Positions 16,972 through 27,793 of a stretch of DNA of 64,000 bases are shown here, one piece after another; positions within the stretch are counted from its first letter, which is position 1; every line of letters starts with the position of its first letter. Both the position numbers and the translations under genes were made by a program. Origin of the DNA: Adineta vaga (lineage: Eukaryota > Animalia > Rotifera). Below the pieces are notes generated by a model. It searched no databases. It worked only from the letters and a program-made list of their open reading frames with translations, and was not told the DNA's origin. The stretch is from assembly GCA_021613535.1 (NCBI GenBank), contig CP075495.1, forward strand, positions 12,524,001-12,588,000, written 5' to 3'.

Positions 16972-17484
16972 TTATCGTCGTTTGCCAAGAAGAATAGCTT
17001 CATTCGGTAAATAACGTCGACCTAAAAGTACAGCTTCATCAGGCAAACGACGTTTACCAAGAAGAATAGATTCTGAAGGTAGACGACGTTTGCCAAGAAG
17101 GATGGATTCTGAAGGTAACCGACGTTTGCCAAGAAGGATGGATTCTGAAGGTAACCGACGTTTGCCAAGTAAAATTGATTCTGAGGGAAGACGAACACCA
17201 CGTGATGCCATTTGACGTTTTCCCAATAAGAGACTATAGATTTCTTCGGGATTAATTTCATTGAAATCTGAAGCTGCTTTTTTCGAAAATAGATCATAAT
17301 CAAAGATTTTCGCTGCACTAGAATCATCACTATCATCTTTGTTAGATATCGAAATAGCATGCATTGAATCAATAAAAAAAGCCAAACCTTTGAAAAAATC
17401 CGAAGGAAATTTTTCATCAATAAGGTTCTTTGTAAACTTACTCATGATGAAAAGAATCGTGTAGATAATCGAACTGGAAACCAT
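16972..17484 (-). CDS. Neuropeptide precursor encoding seven C-terminally amidated ...LLamide peptides; one probable 54-nt intron (17388-17441)
   Basis: Repeats of (R)LPSESILL-G-KR with a Gly amide donor and dibasic sites. Removing gtaagt...caaag restores a hydrophobic signal peptide, MVSSSIIYTILFIMSLAFFIDSMHA. Confidence 0.92.
   Translation of the reverse strand: MVSSSIIYTILFIMSKFTKNLIDEKFPSDFFKGLAFFIDSMHAISISNKDDSDDSSAAKIFDYDLFSKKAASDFNEINPEEIYSLLLGKRQMASRGVRLPSESILLGKRRLPSESILLGKRRLPSESILLGKRRLPSESILLGKRRLPDEAVLLGRRYLPNEAILLGKRR
16975..17195 (-). repeat. Coding tandem repeat, about six 36-bp units (RLPSESILLGKR)
   Basis: Recurrent cgacgtttgccaagaag...gattctgaaggta on the + strand with a 36-nt period. 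Confidence 0.9.
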
Positions 17485-19779
17485 TATGAATGAGTTAGTG
17501 AAAAATATGTTGGTAGCTGATGAATATTATAAAAATGTCGTGGCAGAGAATAATATTCTATTCTAGAATACATGCATACACCTATATATATATATACACG
17601 CAAGTTTTGTGTCTCTTGAGAACATAAATATGATTATCAGCAAGCTTCGTTTTATTTCCTTTTTGTTCAATTTTCTTTTCTTTGTCTTATTAACTTATAG
17701 TTTAAGATGAAATCCAATAGAAACGGGAGAATAATGGTAATTACTAACGAGATGACATTCGAAAAAACTCATATTTTCTTTCTGTTCAATTAATAAAAAG
17801 CAATATTGACAGAAAGATTTTTCTGATGAGTTATGTACTATACTGTTATTTAATTTACTATTCTTCTGCGTAATATCGAACTATGTAGAAAGTACCTACT
17901 TGATACGTTCAGAATCTTTCTATTTTTCTTCAATGCTGAAAATTGATGTATATGAGACTACACTGTATTACTCAACAACTCTTCACTAGATAAAAGTCTT
18001 CGGAGAATATTTCTAACCAAAGCTAGTCAGTATATTTTGTTTTTATAAACTTCATTTATTATAAATAACTATTCGTTCGTGTATAAATAAAGAATATCTC
18101 TCTTGAGTGAATTGTTCTATTGGTTATTGCATATGTTTTGAAACAAAATATTCAATAAAGAAAACACACCTAGTTCGGTCATTTTGTTCTACTATCTCTG
18201 TTTCGTATATTGTTCGTAATACGAAAATGAAAAGAAAATTATTGGTTCTTGAGGGTGTTTTTATTCACAATATTATATATACTAGGCGCATATCTTTAGA
18301 GACTAAAGTTGGATTTATAACTCGTATACCTACCGAACTTATTGGCATAGAAAGTACTCATAGAACATGTCACTTTTATTCTTACAAAGACTAGCATACA
18401 AAAAAAGAGTGTTATTAATTCTAACACGGAATGGATTGACTTTTTTTCTATTAAACGAATAAAAGAAAAAGAAGAGTGAAGAAAAGGGATACTCTATTTA
18501 ATTATGTAATTTCTGGCGTATCTATCAATCATAGTATTTACAATATAACCAAATTAATTGCGAAACAGATTGTTACAGCTTTAGACAACACAAAGTTGAA
18601 TTTTCCCATTGAAAAATATTCATAGAAAAAAAAACTTACATTACTTTAAGAAGGAAAATGGAACGATTAAAAATGCATCCTAATTATTTTTGGAACTGGT
18701 TCTTGTTCAGTTCATCTCGATTACCATTTCCTACAAGATCCTTAAGCAGGCGAGCTCTATCTAATAGTGCACTCCGATTTTTCGTAGCTAGAACTACAAT
18801 CCAAAACACATTATTTCAAAGGCACGACTTATCAAAGATTCCACCATTTCTGCCATCATTTTTATCCTGCAGTATTCTATAGTGGAGAAATTTGGTTCAA
18901 ACACATCGTAGAATATAGATAAAAATATTCAATAATAGTTTAGAGAACAGCGAAGAACACAATGTTTTCTTTCTACAAACGAAATTAAATGATCTTGAAT
19001 ACGTTTTTTAGTTTGAAGCATCCGTTATTAGACATTCTTATATGGGGAACATCGAAGAACGTGATCTCAGCTTAATTGAATCTGTTTGTGTTCATTTTAG
19101 AAAAGAACGAACAGAAATTCATTCTATTGGCTTTTGGAACATTTTAGAACGTGCTTTCTATCCGAATAAAAAAAAACAATTTTTGTACAGAGAAGAAAGT
19201 ATTTCTCGATATTCGAATGTAGTTGACTTTGGAATGTTTGAAAAGAACAAATGTGAAAAATTTCGTCTAAAAGAGACAATCTTTTAATTAAAAAACAGGT
19301 TTTTAGTCGACATGTGAATATCTAGTGCTGTAATAGTATACAGAAAACTTTGTATCAAACTTATCATGCAAAGAAATATTTCGGGTCAACTCATATATAG
19401 CTCTCTTCTAATACAGATCTATGATTATAATCTGGATCATTCTAATAGCTTTTTTTATCAATTTATGTGATCTTTCATTGTTAAATAATAAATCATGGGA
19501 ATGAATGGAGATGCTTTGGCCACAACTAGCTCATTCTGTTACTAAAACATCTATGCATGATCTGTCTTGCCATCAGCAATTATCATGTAACAAATATATT
19601 GTATCGTATGAAAAACGAAAGTGAATATGTATTTAATTGACCGAATTAGTTCGAAATCTTTGTTTAGTTTATGTATGAAAAAAAAAGACACGTATATATA
19701 TATACACACAAGTACAACGACAGAAAGGATGAATACAGAGAGAAAAACAAAATATGAAAGAAAAACAATGATAATACTT

Positions 19780-22700
19780 CTAACTTATTTCATCTAGTCT
19801 AATCTTTTTCGATAATTCATCATTTGAATGATCAAATGTTCGCTTTAAATTTGTTTTATTTTCATCTTGAGTAACAATATTTCCAAGTAGATCATTGAGG
19901 CATTGTCGAATCAATTTTTGCTCATCGTTCTGTGAAGATAATTTCACTTTTTTAGTCAATTTCTTCTTCTTTTTTTCTTCTTTTCGTCGACGTTTTTCTT
20001 CACGACGCATATTTCGTTCTTCTTGTTCAACTTCAATCTGAAGTAATAATAATTCATCTTCTTCATTTAAATCAAGTAATTTTGATAGATCATTCATATC
20101 AGTTATATCATCTTCAAACGCGTTTTCGGATTTATTATTGACTGATGATGTTTCACGTGATGAATGCTAATAAAAGAAAAATGGTAAAAATGATCATTTA
20201 TTCTTTTGAATAAATTTTTATTCTTACTTGTGATAATCGATCATCAGGGTTTGATAGAGACGATGAACGTGACCATTGTGCACTGCCCGTTGAACTTAAT
20301 GAATGAGAGCGTTGTTGTCGTCGTCGTCGTCGATTTCGTTCTTGTCTTCTGAAATTGCTTGTATCGATCATTGGCGACGGACTACGTTCACCGGATGGTT
20401 TCCTTTTTTGTTTAAGTAAATCACCTAATGATCCTTTCTTTGGAGGTCCAACTGGTACTTTATGAAGTAATCGAGGTGGTAAACCATACCGACGTTGTTC
20501 TCTCGATGATAATTCTGCTGCTGATAGAGGACGATCACCATCAGGTAAAACAAAATCATCAATATCAAGTAAATCTTCGATTTCTTTTCGAACATCATTT
20601 TGTTGTTGTTGCTGTCGATTTGCTGCTCGTCGAGCTTTCAAATGTGCTTGTTGACTATGTGTTAAACCGGTGATTGGTTTAAATTCAAATTTTGCTGTTG
20701 TCGAACCAATCGGTTGAAAAATTTTACCACTTTGATCGGGAAATGGTAAGAATTCATCATCTTGTTCATTTCGACGAAGACTAGCTAGTTTCTTAATACT
20801 TTTAAAACCTTCATAATAATCATTGACATCTTCATCACCACCGACTACGACAGGTGCAGAAAGACTATTTTGAATGAATGTTGATTGTGCATTTTCTGTC
20901 ACAGCATGCATTTGAACCGGACGAAATTTACTATTTGGTAAAGATCTAAATAAATATTCAATGATTAGAAAACATGCGCTATGATGTATGAATATGTGAT
21001 GAAGGTTTAAATTGAAAATAAACTAACTCATCAAGAGATTTTTGTAAAAGGAATGTGGAGAAAACACATGTATCTATTACTGTATAGTAAGAGATACTTT
21101 GAGAAGAACATAATATCAACTAATCTATTGTTTCTGAAAGTGATAGTAGAGGATTGATTATTTCATATGAATCTGTATCGAGCAAGAATCGATATGACTA
21201 AGTTTTCTAGTTAGAAGCACTAATATTGGGCCATCGTTGCGGTTCGTGATTGTGGCCATGAGTTAAAAAAAACCTTATATGACCTTTTTCTGATATACTA
21301 TATATATTCACCATGGAGGTCAGATGTCGTTTTCGTCAAGAATGAAACGAGTCCGTATCCAGACAACAGAAGACTATTTTGAATCGATCTACATGTCTGA
21401 TCTCCTGACAATTTTTTTTAGGAAATTTTTCATCTACATAACTATCACATACTTCTTATTTGCATCTGCTGGAGGTGTGCTAGTCGTTGCTGTATTTGCG
21501 ACTGCTGAAGCATTGTTATTTGTTTGATCTAACGATGATTTCAAATTTGGATATACTAAAAAGAAAAGAAAATCAATTATGATTGATCAAGTAAAGTTGA
21601 AATGTTTTTATATCATTTAAAATTGAACAAAAAAAGTGAATTTTGAAAAGAATCTTGCTCAGCAAATATTATCTGAATAGATAATTATCTTCAGAAGAAA
21701 TGTGTCAGATTAACGTGAAGAAATAAAACATCATAGCAAGAGAAAATAGTGCTTTTGTTTGTAATAAAGACTGTGAAATATACATACATGAAAAGAATTC
21801 TTGATCATCTTCATCCGTACTGTCCTCCGTGCCACTTGATGAAGTCATTGGTTGAGCTAAAAATAAATGAAATAGATATATTGTTTTCATAAGAGTACTT
21901 CATTTAATTATTCTTATTTACCTAATAAAATAGCTCGAATACGTTTCTTCGATAGGATATCGAGTTGATCGAGACATTTTGCTTTTATTTCGTCAAGAGG
22001 ATGTGTCTAGAATAAATGGAAATGTTAGTATTTGTTATCCTTGATCGCAAAAAAGGAATCTTCTTTACATATATTTAAAATCGCATAAAAATCAAACGAC
22101 TCGCATTGAAAAATGTATACTTACGGTAAAAGTACACAAATTATAATATGAGACAAAAGAAGAGAAAAATCTTTATTTCCCAATTATATCTGAAAGATAG
22201 GGGATGATGATATTATTAATATATATAGAATTATATACATATGTATATTTTGAATCTCTCTAAAATAAGAAACTTTCGTCGAAGATTCGTTCGATGCTGT
22301 GTTTTTCCGATCGTATGAATTCATCTAAAACAAGGATCGATTATCAAACGAACTTGATTATAAGTATTGAAATTAGACCAAAAAAATATTGTGAAAAATA
22401 AATGAAACAAATATATTAATATTTGTCTACTCATGAATTTCTTTTCATCATAACAATCATAATAATAATCATAATAATAACAGTGAAAGTTTTTTTCTAA
22501 AGTTACCTTCAATACATCTGGTAAAATAGCCTGAAGTTTGTAACCACGAACACAACGAAACATTTCCAGGAGCATACGTTCACGATCTTTGATATAATAA
22601 CCTATAGGTTTCAGATCTTCATTTAAATTAAGCATGCTTCTATCACTATCATTGCCATCGGATCGATGTTGTTCACTATCACTCGAACCAACTAATTGTC

Positions 22701-24959
22701 CAGCAGCATTGAGCTATAAGAAAAGAGAATGTTTTTCTTTTGTAAAAATCGAACTTCTTCTTACTTTTTTAGTTGATCGTTTACTCGTTTTTTTAAGTTT
22801 TCGCTGACGTTGAGAATTTGTACTTGCATCACTACCAGCATCTTTATCTTTCGAACGATCTGTACTTGAACCGGATGAACGATGACGATGTTCATTTGTA
22901 TCGGAATCTCCACTTGATTCATCTGATCTTTTCATACCTTGGGATTCATAATCATCATGTAAACCAATTGTTTTCATTTGCTATAATGAAAAAAAAATAC
23001 ATATGAATTCATGTAAAAGAAAACAAAAAAAAAAGATTCTTCTTTCACTTACTAATCGTCTAGCAAGACCATGAATTTTCTTTTCAACTTCTTCAACATT
23101 TGAGGTCGAAGTAGTAGTGCTACCAGCTGCTTGTCTTTGTTGAATTCGAGCATAACTTTTGAATTTTTGTACTTCTTCTTGTATTTTTCTTGATCGTTCT
23201 CGTTTACTATTGACAGCAGCGGCTGCATTAGCTAATGTATTAGCAAGCATTTCTGGATTATTACCCTGCATAATATCAACTAATAACGAACTTAAATGAG
23301 CTGGATTGCCCATAAGTTCATGTGATCCTGGTGCTTGTTTCGAATGTTGTGCCATGGCGGTTGATGATGGACGATTTCGATTATTTTTTGTTGACGAACG
23401 TTTTTGTTCAGTGGATGTTTTATGCGATGGTGAGGACTTTGATTTATTGGATGGTTTTTGATCGTCATCATTATTATTATCATCATCACGACGTCGTCGG
23501 CGATTATCATCTGAATGCGAAGCTGATGAAGAACTGGAACTACGTCGTTGTTTTGATCGTTTCTCTGCTGCAGCAGCTGCTGCGGCTTTTTCTTCTTCTT
23601 CTTCGTCGGATGCCGTGAAAATATTTCGTCCAAGTAAACGAAAATTAAAACGCATTTCACGCGGTATATGTTGAACAGGAAAAGATGCTTGATATAAATT
23701 ACTAACTTTTTGTCCTGAACTTATTTTCTTATAATTATCTTGAAATTGTTGATAAAAACGATTATTTGGATTATTTGGATTGGCAAATTTTTGTCCACCT
23801 GGTTTTTGTTTTTGTTGCTGCTGTTGTAGAAGACTGAGCATATTCGCCATATTATGAACATAAGCAGGATTATTCATTGAATTGCCACGACCACGAAAAT
23901 TATTTGATGGTGGTCGATAACCACCAAGTAACGATTGAGGTGGACTATTGCCACCACCACCTCCGCCACCACCTGATCGACGATTACCATTGTTATTACG
24001 CATTGGTGGTCCACCCATCATGGGTGAAGGCATAAAAGGCGGCATTCGACCACCACGTCCATGTAAACCTGGTGGTAGATAATGACGCGGCAGATTTGGA
24101 GGAAAATTTGAATGTGACATAGGTGCATAAATATTTTGCATGTTTGCACCTGAACGACGTGAATTTTTATGACGATAACGTGTTGGTGTTTCACGAGATG
24201 ACGATCTAAATAATAGAATGTTATATACGATATTAAAAAATAGGCGAATGACTTTGGAATAAAAAAAAAGTATCAGAAGAAATAAGATTCAATCCTCTTC
24301 TTGTATATAAAATTTGAAAACTTAGCAATGATCAGTAGAGATGATAAAATCATTATGAAAAATCATATGTCCCTATCTCTTGGAACTTCATCATATCATT
24401 GCTCTCAAATAGAATCGAACCCATGACCATGAAGAAATCTACTTTACCCACTGAACTATAATAACTTATCGAATAAATGAAATTCGATTTTAATTGTATT
24501 AAGAAAAACCGTAAGAAAAGAAGATAGACACTATGTAAGCCAGACTAACCTGTCACTTGATCTATCGCTACGTGATCTTGATTTTGAACGACTTCGTGTT
24601 GTATTATTTCGTTTTGGCGATGATTCAGATGAATCATGTTTTGAACGTTGTGACTTCTTTTTATTACTGGAAGATTTCTTATCATTATTACGTGTGTCGT
24701 TTGATGTTGAAATTTTTGATTTATCTTTAGGATTTTTGTTTTTAGTGGGTTTTTTTGATGAAGATGATGTTGTATTACGTTCGTAGTCATCTGATGAGCG
24801 AGATGATGAAGAATCAGAACGTGTTTGTTTATTATGTTTCGATTTATGATGACTGGACTTTGTTTTTTTCTTTTTCACATTTTTCGATGACGCTGATGAT
24901 GAAATTACAGTTACTTTCGACGATGGTTGATGAGAACCTGTTTTGCTATCTGTACCCAT
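19780..24959 (-). CDS. CAAP1: Large low-complexity (SR-, PGM-, K-rich) protein containing a CAAP1 (caspase activity and apoptosis inhibitor 1) domain, multi-exon
   Basis: DLKPIGYYIKDRERMLLEMFRCVRGYKLQAILPDVLK splices to THPLDEIKAKCLDQLDILSKKRIRAILL (~21921-22006), matching the CAAP1 core as recalled (LKPVSYYI...KLQKMLPDVLK...CxEQLELLS). The flanking ORFs join through GT-AG introns. Confidence 0.78.
24410..24460 (-). other. Degenerate tRNA-like / SINE-head remnant within an intron
   Basis: The minus strand reads tagttcagtgggtaaag (A-box-like) ... gggttcgattc (B-box). There is no complete cloverleaf. Confidence 0.35.
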
Positions 24960-25290
24960 GAGAGAAAGAGAAAGAAATTATACAATCGAGAAAATAAAAT
25001 TAAAATCTAAAACAAAAGAAAAACAGTGTATAAAAGTTGTTATTATTATTAGTTAACAAAGACGTCGCACATCGTAAGAAAGATAGAAAGAAATAGAAAA
25101 CGAGTGCAAATAAGTGAGACATCTTTGAATATCACGTCTTTTTTGCCTCGACGCTGGTTTCATCTTTTTAAACACCAATGAAATAATTTTCGTGCGTTAG
25201 AGGTCGTTAGTTTCGAAGAAAAAATAGAATAGAGCAATCAAATCAATAAACAGCTGAAAGATTGAATTGAATCAATCTGAATATAAAAAT

Positions 25291-26051
25291 ATGCTAGCTC
25301 GTTGTTCAATCGTTACAAAACGTGCATTTTCAAAAGATTTACTTCCATCACGATGGAAAAGATCAGATTCAAATCGATATTGGCGTGCTCAGTAAGATAT
25401 TAGAATAGAGATCATCAACATGTATTTTCTATTTCAATTTATATTTCAGACATAATTTACCAAAAGATGATGATGAACATGGTCCACTAGCTGATCTACC
25501 TGATTATTCTTATTTAAGTAAATATTTAGTTTTTAATCGTTGCAATGAAAGATTTTCATCAAATTTGATCATTCTGATTATTAGATAATGAACCATCACA
25601 TCTATCAACAGTACAACGTAAAAAATATGATTTTAATGCTTCGATTGTTCGACGTGTTCATGAACTTGATGCAGAATTAACTGAAGCAAAACGATTATAT
25701 GCAGAAAAAATAACATCAGCTATGGCAGATTATGATAAAACGGTTCAAATTGCTAAACATATTAAAACATCGAGAAAAGCAAATATTCAAAGAAAAACAG
25801 AACAACATCAAGCACTTCCATCAATTTCTTCATCGAATGAATATTCATTTCAACCGAATTTACTCAATGCTCTTCGTGAAAACACAACATATAATGAAGC
25901 TTATAAAGAAGTCGTCGATCCAGTTGGTGCTATTGTACCAAATAAACTCATGAGTATCGAACGTCCACCTTATAAACATACAGGTGAACGACGTCGTTTT
26001 CATAAAGTATTTACAATTCGTACACCAAGAGTTCGAATGTTTCCGAAATAG
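25291..26051 (+). CDS. MRPL52: Mitochondrial ribosomal protein mL52 with C-terminal extension, 3 exons
   Basis: Exons 25291-25391, 25450-25517 and 25585-26051 give a basic presequence, then YWRAQHNLPKDDDEHGPLADLPDYSYL...IVRRVHELDAEL, matching the WR..GPLTxLPDWSY motif of mL52. Confidence 0.82.
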
Positions 26052-26249
26052 AACAAAAAATAAAAATACAATAGATAAATCACTTTTATTCGTCAGAAAT
26101 TCCACAAACCAGGAAGAAACACACTAGATATGCATTTTCATATTCTATTCATTGTACGATAAAATATCATGATTGAACATTTGATCTATCATTCTTAAAT
26201 TCATCAGTTTTTCAAGTAGAAAATTATAGTTCATTCGTTCTCTTTTATT

Positions 26250-26885
26250 TTATTTCTTTTCCATATTCAGTAAAGCTTTTAATTGTGTACAAAAATGATA
26301 GATTGGAAAACCAACGACATTAAAATAATCACCATCAATCTTTTTTACTAATGTTGCACCTAACGATTGAATACCATAAGCTCCTGCTTTATTCATTGGT
26401 TCACCTGTTTCAATATAGGCTCGAATTGTTTCATCATCAATAGATCCAAATGTGACATTCGTCGTTTCGAAAAATGTTCTCATCATCATATCTCCTCGAC
26501 ACAGACATACACCAGTACATACTTGATGTGTATTATTTGAAAATATTTTAAGCATACGAAAAGCATCATCTTTATCAGATGGTTTTCCGTATACATCATT
26601 ATCTAATGAACACATTGTATCAGCTCCAATAATAATGACATTTTGTTTCTCATTCTCATTCAATTTCAATTCATTATACACATGACGACATTTATGTTCA
26701 GCAGTATCAATGACATATTGAGAGAGATTTTCTTTATATGATAAAAGATCCAGATCTTCAGCAAAATCAGAAACAATGATCTCAAAATTTAAACCAATCG
26801 ATTGAAGTAATTGTTTACGTTGTGGTGAGCCACTTGCTAAGATAATTCGTTTTTGTTGAAGAATATGTTTCAATGGTTGTAACAT
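26250..26885 (-). CDS. Maf-family dTTP/UTP pyrophosphatase (ASMTL N-terminal domain/YhdE-like), intronless CDS
   Basis: IILASGSPQRKQLL, IIGADT, YGKP, HQVCTGV, GEPMNKAGAYGIQ and GDYFNVVGFP motifs. Confidence 0.95.
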   Translation of the reverse strand: MLQPLKHILQQKRIILASGSPQRKQLLQSIGLNFEIIVSDFAEDLDLLSYKENLSQYVIDTAEHKCRHVYNELKLNENEKQNVIIIGADTMCSLDNDVYGKPSDKDDAFRMLKIFSNNTHQVCTGVCLCRGDMMMRTFFETTNVTFGSIDDETIRAYIETGEPMNKAGAYGIQSLGATLVKKIDGDYFNVVGFPIYHFCTQLKALLNMEKK

Positions 26886-26932
26886 CTAGAAGAAAATATA
26901 AAAATCATCTTTCTATTTCGTTTTTTTTCCTT

Positions 26933-27637
26933 TTAAAAAATACAATAGTTTACAAAAATAATACACAAAGGAATTGTTAAATTATCAAGATCGGACGGAC
27001 TTAAAGTTTCGATTACGGCTGCACTAAAACACAAAACGCAAATTTGCATCAGATAAATTGATTGAAAATCGATCAGAATGCAAATATAGAAAGCAGATGC
27101 AATCGTTCCAGCAATAAAAACAGTTAACAAGCCATTCAAGGACTTAGCTCCATAAATTTTCCTTTGATTACCATAACGAACACCAATCACAGCGGCTAAA
27201 CCATCACCCCATGTTAATGTAGCTATAATAACCGAACCTAATACTGTTTTATAGTAAACAGTACCACATAGGATCATAACAAAATTAAAAAAGAGTGGTC
27301 CACGTAAAAGTTCACTTTTTCCACGTTTTCGTGTCATTATATCAATAACAACATTTTGTTTTTGATTTTGACGTGAATGATATTGTCCTATCCATAGAAG
27401 TATACAAGTCCACAGAATATTTGGAAATATATTTAGATATTTTGAAAGATAACCAGAATCATTATAGAAATAAAGAGCGAGATAAAGTGTACCAGCTCCA
27501 ATATGAGCTACTTTTCGTGAAACTTCATTTGTAATTGCATTTTTACTATTCAAATAATATAATAAAAACACAACACTAAATGTAATACCAGTAACAATTA
27601 TGGAAACAGTTGCATTATGAATAAGAGTGAAAATCAT
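26933..27637 (-). CDS. CTP-dependent phytol/farnesol kinase-like membrane protein (VTE5/FOLK type), intronless
   Basis: SRKVAHIGAG, MTRKRGKSELLRGPLFF, WGDGLAAVIGVRYG, KSLNG and DLDNLTIPL parallel the recalled VTE5 motifs SRKLVHI, VTREG..ELLKGPLFY, GDGIADIMG, KSWAG and DDNISVPL. Confidence 0.85.
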   Translation of the reverse strand: MIFTLIHNATVSIIVTGITFSVVFLLYYLNSKNAITNEVSRKVAHIGAGTLYLALYFYNDSGYLSKYLNIFPNILWTCILLWIGQYHSRQNQKQNVVIDIMTRKRGKSELLRGPLFFNFVMILCGTVYYKTVLGSVIIATLTWGDGLAAVIGVRYGNQRKIYGAKSLNGLLTVFIAGTIASAFYICILIDFQSIYLMQICVLCFSAAVIETLSPSDLDNLTIPLCIIFVNYCIF

Positions 27638-27793
27638 GATCTAGAAAATATAAACAATAGATTAGTAAATCTTAAGAAAACGAATTTATTTAATCGAAAG
27701 TTTTTTTTCTCCTTTAAACATATATTTATTATCGGAAATAACTTTTTTTCAAAGGAAAAACAAAAGAACATTAACAAAAAAATAGTAAATATA

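Noticed and set aside
16975-17195. 36-bp periodic repeats resembling a CRISPR array
   Set aside because: There are no unique spacers, the units are in-frame peptide repeats, and the context is eukaryotic.
18100-19600. ORFs of 74-95 aa and possible TE remnants
   Set aside because: No recognisable domain, TIR or TSD found by eye.
24410-24460. Functional tRNA gene
   Set aside because: A/B-box-like motifs are present, but there is no acceptor stem or proper anticodon arm.
26250-26885. Maf as a bacterial HGT gene
   Set aside because: It is intronless, but the MLQPLKHILQQKRIILASGSP start and GDYFNVVGFP resemble animal ASMTL-type Maf domains. There is no positive evidence for transfer without a tree.
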